Source of the DNA: Octopus sinensis
Lineage: Eukaryota
Length of the DNA: 64,000 bases
Direction of reading: 5' to 3'
Assembly (NCBI RefSeq): GCF_006345805.1
Contig: NC_043001.1
Coordinates: forward strand, 133,424,001 to 133,488,000
Every line of letters starts with the position of its first letter. The first letter of the stretch is position 1. Shown here in pieces: positions 1 through 11,736 of the stretch. The notes below the pieces were generated by a model. The model was given only the letters and a program-made list of their open reading frames with translations. It searched no databases and was not told the origin of the DNA. The position numbers were made by a program, and so were the translations under genes.

Positions 1-361
1 TATGTGCATATTACTGGACGAATTTTACCTCCTTTTATGTTATGTAGATGCATTTTTCACCTCAGGCAGCCATATTGTTAAATCGCATCTGATCCTTACA
101 GCAACAGTGCAGTGAGATTATTGATGAAATACCATGGTGACGTTAATTCATTTTTATCCTTATCTTCACTTTCAGAGAAGATACTTAACACAAACAGAAT
201 TTGTTTCAAAACAAATTAAAAGCTTAGGAAGTGAAATAGAATTAGTGTGCGTGTTTATTATTGGTATAACGACCCTCTCGAGATATAAGAAAATTAAAAA
301 TATCAACTGTCGAACGTTTCTTAAAATTCTAAATTTAACTTATTTTATAAGTATATAGTTA

Positions 362-739
362 TTACTTCCGCCTTAGCGAAGGCGGCGGGTATTGTTTTTA
401 GTTGTGTTTTTTTGTTTGTCTGCCTGTAGACATGTCTCAAGAACCGCTGAATGGACACGGATGAAACTTTCAGGGATGTTTGGCCTCGTGACTGGCACGA
501 ACTGATTAGATTTTGGAATCAATCTGCTACCGGACAAGGATTCTGGATTATTTTGCCTGTTTTTTTTTGTTTTTTTTTTTATTTTTGAGAGCCGTCGGGT
601 TCATTTTTTAGTATTCTCGTTTGTGAGAGCAGTAGAGTTTATTTCAGACATTCTTATTATGAAAATCGTCTCTGGCTCATTGTTGAGAGGACGTTGGTGC
701 TACTTTGGCGGAGGTTTGCGCTCTCTGAGTGCTCTTGTT
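362..739 (+). mobile_element. Probable Helentron-associated non-autonomous element (HINE/DINE-1-like)
   Basis: 5' ttccgcc inside the palindrome ccgccttagcgaaggcgg; 3' ggcggaggt followed by the hairpin gcgctctctgagtgc; no ORF. Confidence 0.5.
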
Positions 740-1133
740 ATCATGTACTGCTTTTGGGGGGTTTTTTTTTTAGTTTATTAATATTTTTAATTAAATTTTT
801 TTTTTTTTACATGGTACAAAACGAATACTCTCCGATTGTAAATACCAAGAATCTCATTCAAAAGTAATACTTTACTGTCGGTATGTTCTGTGAAAAACAC
901 CCCGTCATAGTCTGGAAAAGAAGTGACCAGCCCCCTTAAGTCGCCCATGTGCAGGTTTGCAATTAAATGTTCCACTACTCTCCTACCGCCACAAAATTCT
1001 GTGAGAGACCCATAGTGTGTTTTCCAAGAAGTTCCTATGCGTGAAATTGATTATAGTGAATGAAGCGTACGCGGAACTGCAGTCACCCTCTCTCTTTCTC
1101 TCTCTCTTTCCCTCTCCTTCTCTCTCTCTCACT

Positions 1134-1166
<33 letters not shown>

Positions 1167-1724
1167 AACAGATATTTAAAAAATAAATATCTATCATTTC
1201 AACGGCAATTGAAATCTAAATAAATGTTTAAAATGCAGAAAAAAACATAGCGTTCATTATTACAAGTCGGTGAATACGTGAGGAAAAGTACTGAATACAT
1301 AACGTAGAGTTTAATAGTAATAACTAAAGGGTAATGTTTCTTCTATCATTAGTCTGGGGTGCCGCTATTTTTCGTGAGTGTAGTGGCCTGAAAGCATAAC
1401 GCGGAACTCGGAGAAACGACGGCGAAAAATCTCGTTGCCGTAAGCTTGCCGAAGCATGCTCAATGTCTCTGTAGCAGATTTTCCAAGTTTAACGCAAAAA
1501 TTTCACGTTGGCTCTTTGTTCCTGTCCATGACAAAATCGCAGACTACAGCATACACGAGATCACAAATTTCGCAACTTGTGAAGTAAATTCGGCGATGTC
1601 ACTAAGCACACTGCCTCATGAAGGTCACTGCTAGCACTCACCGCGCACGCAACCATGTGCTGCCATCTGTTGACGCGCTACGGAACTAGTTCGGGAACTT
1701 TTACGTACCACCTCGTATATATAT

Positions 1725-1755
<31 letters not shown>

Positions 1756-1756
<1 letters not shown>

Positions 1757-2048
1757 AACAATTTATAAATAAGGGCAAAAGAAAAAAGTTATTATGCCAA
1801 ATATTCCGAGAAATAGATTTTAGATCGTCAATAACCACATATAATTCATCACTAAATTCTTTATTAATTAACTCAGAAATCGGACCGATTTGGTAATAAC
1901 GGAATTTTTTAGAAATTTCTGACAGCTTGCTTCGAAATGCGTGCTTTTAGTGATGAGGATATGTGGTTATTGACGATTTAAAGTCTATTTCTCGGCATAT
2001 TTGGCATAGGAATTTTTTTTTTACTTTTGCTTTATTTATAAGTTGTTT
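1756..2048. repeat. Fold-back element with about 100-bp imperfect inverted arms
   Basis: atgccaaatattccgagaaatagattttagatcgtcaataaccacat...catcactaaa is mirrored by tttagtgatg...atgtggttattgacgatttaaagtctatttctcggcatatttggcat. Confidence 0.75.
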
Positions 2049-2207
2049 ATAATTTTCACCTCAAAAAGGTATTTTTAATATGCTGGCTACTGATAAAATA
2101 TTTTGAAAATGTTATCCTCTGTTAGATGTTATATATATATATACACACGCACGTACATAGGCATGTACATACACATACATATACACATACATTTACACAT
2201 ACATACA

Positions 2208-2581
2208 CCTGTGTGTGTGTGTGTGTGTATGTGTTGTGTGTTGTGTGTGTGTGTGTTGTGTGTTGTGTGTGTGTGTGTGTTGTGTGTGTGTGTTGTGTGT
2301 TGTGTGTGTGTTGTGTGTTGTGTGTGTGTGTGTTGTGTGTTGTGTGTTGTGTGTTGTGTGTTGTGTGTGTGTGTGTTGTGTGTTGTGTGTGTGTGTTGTG
2401 TGTTGTGTGTGTGTGTGTTGTGTTGTGTTGTGTGTGTGTTGTGTGTTGTGTGTGTGTTGTGGTTGTGTGTGGGTGTTGGTGTGTGTGTTGTGTGTTGTGT
2501 GGTTGTGTGGTGGTGTGGTGTGTGTGTGTTGTTGTTGTGTGGTGTGTGTGTGTGTTGTTGTGTGTTGGTGGTTTGTGTGTG

Positions 2582-2619
<38 letters not shown>

Positions 2620-2650
2620 TGTGTGTGTGTGTTTGTGTGTATGTGTGTGT
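2208..2650. repeat. Compound (TG)n/(TTG) microsatellite
   Basis: Direct inspection; source of the spurious C/V-rich and H/T-rich ORFs. Confidence 0.95.
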
Positions 2651-2909
2651 TTGCATATATATTAAATGGAAAGTAACAAGCTGAGGTTTAAGATTAAGAT
2701 GAGTGTTTCTCCTTGGAATGAAGAAAGTAAACTCCGGCACTCCCACTCTTGGCGGATCTGTGAGATTTGGAAATGAGGTGGAGGTGAGCTCAGGAAATTG
2801 CTTTGTTTAATAACATTAAAATGACCTCAATTCATTTAGACTTGTCCAACAACATGGCGACGAAAGTTGAATCACATGGACGCAAAAGCTGTGTTGTCTT
2901 CTCCTTATT

Positions 2910-3180
2910 CAGTGGTTCTCAACCATTTTTTGCATATGGACCTCTTCGATTTCTATTCTACTCCACTGGACCCTCATACCCATTCAATGTTTTAAAATAT
3001 CCAATAGTAGTTTCGTGATTAAATATAATTCGGAATTGTATAATAAAGATTATAAAAATATTTTGCGTATTGAATATAGCCAGTTCATTGCACATACATT
3101 TTAACAGTAAAATCTTATATAGATCCCTTGGGGCCATATAGATCCCTTGGGGCCATATGGACCCCGGTTGAGAACAACTG
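2910..3180. mobile_element. hAT-type MITE
   Basis: TIR cagtggttctcaac ... gttgagaacaactg; 8-bp TSD tccttatt/tccttaat. Confidence 0.72.
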
Positions 3181-3262
3181 TCCTTAATGAAAAAGAAGTC
3201 CTTAATATTTTTCTGGTGAAAATGGTTGTGATATTCGTCAATTTGAGAACCATTGTTTTGGA

Positions 3263-3646
3263 TGGAAGCACTCCGTCGGTTACGACGACGAGGGTTCCGG
3301 TTGATCCGATCAAACGGAACAGCCTGCTCGTGAAATTAACGTGTAAGTGGCTGAGCACTCCACAGACACGTGTACCCTTAACGTAGTTCTCGGGGATATT
3401 CAGCGTGACACAGAGAGTGACAAGGCCGGCCCTTTGAAATACAGGTACAACAGAAACAGGAAGTAAGAGTGAGAGAAAGTTGTGGTGAAAGAGTACAGCA
3501 GGGATCACCACCATCTCCTGCCGGAGCCTCGTGGAGCTTTAGGTGGTTTCGCTCAATAAACACTCACAACGCCCGGTCTGGGAATCGAAACCGCGATCCT
3601 ACGACCGCGAGTCCGCTGCCCTAACCACTGGGCCATTGCGCCTCCA
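3263..3646 (-). mobile_element. tRNA-derived SINE family A (about 385 bp)
   Basis: Head tggaggcgcaatggcccagtggttaggg with A box, B-box-like ggtttcgattcc, 3' end gacggagtgcttcca; TSD accattgtttt. Confidence 0.92.
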
Positions 3647-3990
3647 CACCATTGTTTTAAGACAACGATCAATAAAATAAGCATTCTAATTCTTATCCTC
3701 ATTTATGATTACTCCACATATTGAGCTGTGGAAAAATCTGTGTATGTCCCATATTCTTCGGCTGATTATTATTTTTGTTAAGACCCAAAACCACAAATTT
3801 TAATGGATGGTGAGATGGAAATTTATCACGAGTAATGTAAACTGTACAACTCGTGACTGTTTTTTTTTTTTTCTTTTGTTCACCGGAAGTATATTCTCCA
3901 CCCCGATCCCGCCAAAAAATTTACGACGTCATTTGTAGTTAACAAAAGAGTGAAACAATGAAGCAAGATTAAGTCGAACGATAATGAACA

Positions 3991-4060
3991 TCCTGGTCGG
4001 ATTCTACAAGTGTCCTGGTCTGATTCTACAAGTGTCCTGGTCTGATTCTACAAGTGTCCT
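3991..4060. repeat. 22-bp tandem repeat x3 (tcctggtctgattctacaagtg)
   Basis: Direct inspection. Confidence 0.9.
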
Positions 4061-4374
4061 CGTCTCCTCCTTAAATTGCTTCATCAGTTTTCGTTTTCTT
4101 ATCCTTAATGATGGATTTCTCTTACCACTTATTGCGTATTTCCTGTAATTTCCTTAACGGATGCAATTTATAACACAGTAAATGTTCTTTGAATTTTAAT
4201 GTAATATCCGAAGATCCTTCATTTTATAACAGCGGAAACTATAATAGTAATAACAGTTGTTGCTTTGTGAAGTGGAGATAACATCGCTATTAGTAAGCGA
4301 ATGTTCCAAGGAGACATCTCTCTCTCTCTCTCTCTCTCTACTCCTTACCTACTTCATGTTAATATCTCTAACCT

Positions 4375-4600
4375 ATTTCTTTATTACCCACAAGGGGCTA
4401 AACAAGATGGGCAACAAGGACATACATAGGTATTAAGTCGATTACATCGACCCCAGTGCGTAACTGGTACTTAATATCGACCCCGAAAGGATGAAAGGCA
4501 AAGTCGACCTCGGCGGGAATTGAACTCACAGCGAAACGACAGACGAAAATACGGGCTACGCATTTCGTCCGGCGTGCAACGATTGCCAGCTCGCCGCCTT
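4375..4600 (-). mobile_element. tRNA-derived SINE family B (head aaggcggcgagctggcag; gcctttcatcctttcggggtcgat core)
   Basis: A-box and B-box-like segments; long TSD catgttaatatctctaacc. Confidence 0.85.
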
Positions 4601-4987
4601 CTCATGTTAATATCTCTAACCGATTTGCAAAATACTTTGCGGCATTTCGTCTGTCTTTACGTTCTGAGTTTTAAATGCCGTTAAGGTCGACTTTGCTTTT
4701 CATGCTTTCGGGATCGATAAAATTAGTTGCAATTGAGCACTGGCATCGATGTAATCGACTTGCCCCTTTCCCGAAATTGCTGACCTTGTACAAAATTTGA
4801 AATCAATATCTCTAACCGGTATGAAAAACTAAACTGGACAAGAAGGCTTCAAATGCTAAACATAGACAATCAACCAATTTTTTATATGGATGAATTATAC
4901 GCTGCAAAGTGGTAAATCACTTGAACTACTGCTATAGGTAGTACACATACTCAACAAAAGAATTTACTTTTGAGAATTGCGCAGGCG

Positions 4988-5345
4988 TTCAGTCCCACTG
5001 CGGGGCATCTTGGGCAAGTGTCTTCTGCTATAGCCCCGGGTCGACCAATGCCTTGTGAGTGGATTTGGTAGACGGAAACTGAAAGAAGCCTGTCGTATAT
5101 ATGTATATATATATATATATATGTATGTTGTGTGTGTTTGTGTGTCTGTGTTTGTCCCCTAGCATTGCTTGAAACCGATGCTGGTGTGTTTACGTCCTCG
5201 TCACTTAGCGGTTCGCAAAAGAGACCGATAGAATAAGTACTGGGCTTACAAAGAATTAGTCCTGGGGTCGATTTGCTCGACTAAAGGCGGTTCTCCAGCA
5301 TGGCCGCAGTCAAATGACTGAAACAAGCAAAAGAGACAAAAGATA
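4988..5345 (+). mobile_element. CORE-like SINE family C, 5'-truncated, with internal (TA)(TG) microsatellite
   Basis: cttgggcaagtgtcttctgctatagcc CORE-like block; 3' ggccgcagtcaaatgactgaaacaag plus aaaagag-type tail. Confidence 0.85.
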
Positions 5346-5499
5346 TAAAAGAGACAAGAGGCGTGGGTGGGTGTGTAGTAAAACGTTTGCATCCTGACCA
5401 CCATGGTTCCGGGTTCAGTTCTATTGCATGACACCTTGGGTGTCTTCTACTATAGCTCGGACCGACCAAAGCCATGTGAGTGCATCTCGTAAACGGACA

Positions 5500-5579
5500 C
5501 TGAAAGACTCTTATCATATATATATATATATATTATAGTATATATATATATATATATATATATTATACATATATATATA

Positions 5580-5625
<46 letters not shown>

Positions 5626-5660
5626 TATATATACATATATTATATATGTATATATAATAT

Positions 5661-5748
<88 letters not shown>

Positions 5749-5767
5749 TATACATATATATATATAC

Positions 5768-5808
<41 letters not shown>

Positions 5809-5810
5809 TT
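5500..5810. repeat. (TA)n microsatellite (other long ones at about 6060-6280, 13675-14020, 63870-64000)
   Basis: Direct inspection. Confidence 0.95.
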
Positions 5811-5881
5811 GATAAACGTTATAAGATAACAAAAGAAAGAAAAGAGACCTCAATATTATGTAAATAGAGGAAATTTATCTA

Positions 5882-6056
5882 TACAATATGTTACATTACT
5901 CGGTAGTCAAGATAAAACTCTGAGTTTCAGATGCCGAAGTGGAAATCCACAACACCATCTCTTCGAGATAACCGAAGAGATGGTGTTGTGGATTTCCACT
6001 TCGGCATCTGAAACTCAGAGTTTTATCTTGACTACCGAGTAATGTAACATATTGTA
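5882..6056. repeat. Perfect palindrome with 84-bp arms and a 7-nt spacer
   Basis: 5882-5965 is the exact reverse complement of 5973-6056; spacer agataac. Confidence 0.92.
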
Positions 6057-6061
6057 GATAT

Positions 6062-6095
<34 letters not shown>

Positions 6096-6186
6096 GTGTG
6101 TGGTGTGTGTGTGTGTGTGTGTGTCACAATCCGCGCTGTGGTAACTGCGGGTCAATAGAGTAGAATTCAGAAAGGATCTCCGTGTA

Positions 6187-6284
<98 letters not shown>

Positions 6285-6548
6285 GTGGCGCGTGTGCGTG
6301 TGACCTCCGCTTGGCAACCGTTGTTGGAGTGTTTACACCCCCGTAAATTAGTGGTTCGGCAAAATGAATCGATAGAATAAGTTACAAGCTTTAAAAAAAA
6401 ATTGATCGCTGGGGTCGATTTGTTCGACTAAAAATTCTCAAAGGCGGTACCCCTGCATGGCTTTAGTCTAATGACTGAAATATGTAAAAGATAAAAGATA
6501 AGGCAACATTGAAAAGAAGAAAATAAATAAAAACAAACTCTAATATTA

Positions 6549-6949
6549 TCTTTATATATAAAAGTGAAGTTGTGTGTCTGTCTCCTATGATTTAGATTCC
6601 TAACTACTCCCACATTTTGCGATGCAGTTTAACCAAAACCGGGTATCTTGTAGTCGTGATTCATATCGAGCCCTTCTGGGTATTAGCGCGCGTCTACGAT
6701 GAGTCTACGATTTTAAAAATAATTTATCATCATTTTTTTCCATTTTAATGCATTTTTTCGCTATTATATAAGGGAAGTAACTCTCTAAAAATGTCCACGA
6801 TGAGTCAACGATTCTAAAAAAAATTTACCATCATTTTTTTTCCATTTTTAATGCATTTTTTTTTTGCTATTTTTTGGCTATAACTCTCTAAAAATGCTTA
6901 TATAGTTATTTCCCTTACAAACCCGAGCAACGCCGGGCGATACTGCTAG
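6549..6949 (+). mobile_element. Non-autonomous Helitron (about 400 bp)
   Basis: Starts a|TC, ends with hairpin cccgagcaacgccggg plus CTAG; near-identical inverted copy at 11337-11736. Confidence 0.85.
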
Positions 6950-7075
6950 AGTTAGATAAAGAAGAAATAACTGAATTAAACCAAACCCTGACTTAAAAGC
7001 AAATACTTAGGAGCCAATAAATTTCACAAAGTACATCACACAGCTGAAAGAAATGGTTTTATTTAAACCGTATTT

Positions 7076-7465
7076 AAGGCGGCGAGCTGGCAGAAATGTT
7101 AGTACGCCGGGTGAAATGCGTAGCCGTATTCCGTCTGCCGTTACGTTCTGAGTTTTGAATTCCGCCGAGGTCGACTTTGCCTTTCATCCTTTCGGGGGTC
7201 GATAAATTAAGTACCAGTTACGCACTGGGGTCGATATAATCGACTTAATCCGTTTGTCTGTCCTTTTTTGTCCTCTTTGTGTTTAGCCCCTTGTGGGTAG
7301 TAAAGAAATAGGTATTTTGTCCGGGTTCAAATTCTGCCGTTGTCGATTTTGCCTTTCATCCTTTCGGGGTCGATAAAATGAGTACCAGTTGAGCATTGGG
7401 GTCGATGTGATTGTCTTCCCCCCTCCATCGAAATTGCCGGCCTTGTGCCAACATTTGAAATCAAT
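7076..7465 (+). mobile_element. SINE family B, partial dimer
   Basis: Head, full body unit, second partial unit and alternative tail. Confidence 0.8.
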
Positions 7466-7639
7466 ATTATGAAGTACTTGACATTTTCCACGTATTTCGA
7501 TGGTTTTCCTGTAGATAAAGCACTGCTTTGTATAGTAAATTGCGTTACCTAAAACACTAGAATTTGAACTTAAAAAAGACAGGTTTGGATATTATAAAAC
7601 ATTCATGTCATTGCTCTACAATGTCCTTCTTTCACCGCA

Positions 7640-8230
7640 GGATATTAGTAAGGGTTACACCCAATTAAATGCATATTTCATCCTATTAAAATTCTTTCAT
7701 TCTCTCCGAGTTATTAGCACATACACCTTTAGGAAATCCTTTAAACTTATGATACTAAATATAACAACTTCGTAAGAGAAAGGCTGAAACAATCGTTTCC
7801 TGTCAGTCGTAATAGTGTATCCCAAGTTCAGGTCAAATATTCAAAGCTGAATGGATGCCTGTTGTAGGACATTCCAACTAAAACACCATTTGATGGGTGG
7901 TGAAGCAATTAGTAAACCGCCCAATACTAAGCATCCATTTAGAGGAATTCGCTTACAAACGGATTAATAGATGATTGGCATCGTTAGTGAGATAGTCGAG
8001 GCTTGGTTCAATGAGTTAAATCAAGGCTGTAGCAAAATAATTATATGCAGAAATGGTGACAGCTATAGAATGGATGGGCATTGGAGAATGTAAAATAAGG
8101 GGACATCTGAGAGATATGCAATAGGACACTAAAGGAAGCATTAAGGACTGTGGAGTTCAGTGACATTACTGACTGTAGAATAGGGGACAGTTTAACCCTG
8201 CCTTTGAAATTAGTTGGGGATGGAAACGTA
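7640..8230 (-). mobile_element. Highly degenerate non-LTR reverse transcriptase remnant
   Basis: Stop-riddled minus-strand translation with faint RT-like segments (LSPIL; LNLGYT.T.RK); clade not assignable. Confidence 0.3.
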
Positions 8231-8266
8231 TCGGAATCTGAGCGGTGTCATTCTCTATAATATATT

Positions 8267-8849
8267 AAGGCGGCGAGCTGGCAGAAACGTAAGCACGCCA
8301 GGCGAAATGCGTAGCCGTATTTCGTCGCCGTTACGTTCTGAGTTCAAATTCCGCCGAAGTCGACTTTACCTTTCATCCTTTCGGGGTCGATAAATTAAGT
8401 ACCAGTTACGCACTGGGGTCGATGTAATCGACTTAATCCGTTTGTCTGTCTTTTTTGTCCCCTCTGTGTTTAGCCCCTTGTGGGTAGTAAAGAAATAGGT
8501 ATTTCGCCCGCCGCTGCGTTCTGAGTTCAAATTCCACCGAGGTCGACTTTGCCTTTCATCCTTTCGGGATCGATAAATTAAGTACCAGTTACGCACTGGG
8601 GTCGATATAATCGACTTAATTCGTTTGTCTGTCCTTGTTTGTCCCCTCTGTGTTTAGCCCCTTGTGGGTAATAAAGAAATAGGTATTTCGTCTGCCGCTA
8701 CGTTCTGAGTTCAAATTCCGCCAAGGTCGACTTTGCCTTCCATCCTTTCGGGATCGATAAAATGAGTACCAGTTGCGTACTGCGGTCGATCTAATCGACT
8801 AGCCCTCTCCCCAGGAATTTCGGGCCTTGTGCCTAGAGTAGAAAAGATT
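8267..8849 (+). mobile_element. SINE family B trimer flanked by a single TSD
   Basis: One head plus three roughly 183-bp body units (starting 8317, 8499, 8683); TSD ctataatatatt. Confidence 0.88.
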
Positions 8850-9525
8850 CCCTATAATATATTCTAGGATATCTTCCTTCACTCAATTGTCTCCCTTCAC
8901 TTTGACGTCTTGCCCATGTGTATTGACTCGTTAAGCCATCACTGTTCTTTTCACATTCTCTTCCTCTTCAATTTCATGTGTCGTACGAATAATTTAGGCA
9001 GAAAATGCCGTAACACCACGGAACACCGTATTTTTGGGTATTGTAAACACTTCCAACAATGATATTACGTGTAACTGAAATTTTGCTGTCCATTTTTTTT
9101 GGAAGATTAAACCTCTTTCCAACGAACTTAAACTAATACCCTTTTCTTGCACTTGACGTGATCATTAGATTAAATAAGTAGGTGGTGTTAATGAATTTGC
9201 ATTATTTCATAAAACGGTCAATTCAAAGTTTTTTTTATCAATTGAAGGCACGTGAATCATAATTCATGATACCAAATATTTACCCTCCCCAAATATGATG
9301 ATATTTCTCTTGCAGGCGCCTTCAGAGAGGAAGGAAACACTTAACATAGAGACTTAGATACTCAGTTCATTGAGTTCATTGGATTTGATAAGATGAGGTG
9401 ATGGAAAGATATCATTGCATCTTATTGTGATGAGCTTTTATGAGGTAAATAATATAATTGAAATGTTAGGAGTAGTGAGCCAACAGAAATGGTAGAATGT
9501 AATACTTAGTACATTAGAAGAAATG

Positions 9526-10058
9526 TGGAAGCACTCCGTCGGTTACGACGACGAGGGTTCCGGTTGATCCGATCAACGGAACAGCCTGCTCGTGAAATTA
9601 ACGTGTAAGTGGCTGAGCACTCCACAGACACGTGTACCCTTAACGTAGTTCTCGGGGATATTCAGCGTGACACAGAGAGTGACAAGGCCGGCCCTTTGAA
9701 ATACAGGTACAACAGAAACAGGTAGTAAGAGTGAGAGAAAGTTGTGGTGAAAGAGTACAGCAGGGATCACCACCATCCCCTGCCGGAGCCTCGTGGAGCT
9801 TTTAGGTGTTTTCGCTCAATAAACACTCACAACGCCCGGTCTGGGAATCGAAACCGCGATCCTACGACCGCGAGTCCGCTGCTCTAACCACTGGGCCTTG
9901 TCACTCTCTGTATCACGCTGAATATCCCCGAGAACTACGTTAAGGGTACACGTGTCTGTGGAGTGCTCAGCCACTTACACGTTAATTTCACGAGCAGGCT
10001 GTTCCGTCGATCGGATCAACTGGAACCCTCGTTGTCGTAACCGACGGAGTGCTTCCAC
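9526..10058. mobile_element. SINE family A (minus, head-clipped) fused to an inverted 3' half (plus)
   Basis: 9526-9897 minus copy joined at ggcc microhomology to ttgtcactctct...gtgcttcca. Confidence 0.88.
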
Positions 10059-10369
10059 CACTATGCGCTTTTATTTCAGCCCCTGATATCACAAAAAAAA
10101 GTGGGGCAAGACAATTGTCTACTCTGAATCCCTGCGATAGCATTGTGAAAAGTTATTGAGTAGAAAAAATAATTAATTTAAAATAGGCAAGTAAATTCTA
10201 CAATATTTTGGAAAACCAGCATATTTTTTAAGGAAACGAAAATGTAAAAGTAAATTATTATTTAAGGTTCTGTATTTGTTTATTTTGGGGCTCGTTTCTT
10301 TATGGAGCTCAATGTGAACCATCTTCTGAAAATCTCTGATGCAGCAATTCTGAGTAAATGAACAGGTGT

Positions 10370-10800
10370 GACTGTGAGGCTCGGAAGCTTGCTTCCCAAC
10401 CAAGTGGTCTTAGATCCTATCCCACTATGCGGAATCTTGGGCAATAAGTGCCTTATACTATAGTTCCAGGTTGATCAAAGCCTTGTGAGTGAGTTTGGTA
10501 GACGGAAACTGTATGAAACGCCGTCGTGTGTGTGTGTATCTGTGTGTGTGTGTGTGTGTATGGCAGGTATATCCTTGTGTGTGTCTTTGTGCTATGTTTG
10601 TCCCCCACCTTCACTTTACAACCAGTGTTGGCGTGTTTACGACCCAGTAACTTGGCGGTTCAGCAAGAGACATCAGTAGAATAAGTACCAAACTTGGAAA
10701 ATAAATACTAGAGTAGACTTATTCAATTAAACCCTTCAAGGCGGTGACTCAGCACGGCTGCAGCTCAGTGACTTAAGCATGTAAAAGATATAAAAGATAG
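10370..10800 (+). mobile_element. SINE family C, older diverged copy
   Basis: Same block order and aaaagat tail. Confidence 0.7.
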
Positions 10801-11336
10801 TTCCGGACCAACTGAATATTGTCTGCATTTTTTTATTTTTTATCCCAAATAAACTGAATTCATGTGATTGCATATATTTTAGATATTAGTAAACGCTAGC
10901 AAGGCTGTCAATAATCTAAAACATTTTTTTGCAAGACAGATATCTGCCACCATTTCTGGTCACTTCTCCTTCATTTTCCTCAATTTTTTTTTCTGTATTT
11001 CAATTTCTTTAAATAGTCGTGAGCTTAAGAAAACCGCTTAATTTGCTTCAGAGTTCAAAGTAATCGCGGGAAATTAGCTCGATGGAAACTTTTACACAAA
11101 TTAATCGTATAGACGGCTCGTTTTGGTATGATAAACTTAAACCATGTTCTTTCTTCTTCGCAGTAGATCAAGAGCTACTTGCATTTAAGACCGCAAGTAG
11201 AACGGTGCAATTGAAGAGATTGGCGTACAAAATCTTGTTCAACAAGTTAAACGCTTTCCATCTTTTAAAGCTAAAAATGTACAGAATTATTTTCATTTAT
11301 CATAGTTTATACCCCAAATAAAACTTTTATATATTA

Positions 11337-11736
11337 CTAGCAGTATCGCCCGGCGTTGCTCGGGTTTGTAAGGGAAATAACTATATAAGCATTTTTAGAG
11401 AGTTATAGCCAAAAAATAGCAAAAAATGCATTAAAAATGGAAAAAAAATGATGGTAATTTTTTTTTTAATCGTTGACTCATCGTAGACATTTTTAGAGAG
11501 TTACTTCCCTTATATAATAGCGAAAAAAATGCATTAAAATGGAAAAAATGATAGTAATTTTTTTTTTAAATCGTAGACTCATCGTAGACGCGCGCTAAAA
11601 CCCAGAAGGGCTCGATATGAATCACGACTATAAGATACCCGGTTTTGGTTAAATTGCACCGCAAAATGTGGGAGTAGTTAGGAATCTAAATCGTAGGAGA
11701 CAGACACTCACACAACTTCACTTTTATATATAAAGA
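11337..11736 (-). mobile_element. Non-autonomous Helitron (same family as 6549-6949)
   Basis: A|TC 5' end, hairpin plus CTAG|T 3' end. Confidence 0.87.

Noticed and set aside
787-1016. Minus-strand open frame EHLIANLHMGDLRGLVTSFPDYDGVFFTEH as an exon
   Set aside because: No recognisable motif or clean splice pair; may be an unclassified transposon fragment and cannot be assigned without a search.
2103-2746. Long C/V-rich and H/T-rich ORFs (also the YI-, N-, I- and L-rich ORFs at 5.6, 13.8, 14.2, 47.1, 53-54 and 62 kb)
   Set aside because: Translations of microsatellites.
3101-3563. Recurrent ORFs MVVIPAVLFHHNFLSLLL... and MFIERKHLK... found about 15 times
   Set aside because: They lie inside a non-coding tRNA-derived SINE; starts and stops vary between copies.
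3263-3646. tRNA genes, or a MITE reading of family A (TGGAGG...CTTCCA termini)
   Set aside because: Heads lack a complete cloverleaf and continue into SINE bodies; variable-length TSDs, 5' truncation and tandem tails indicate TPRT, not a DNA transposon.
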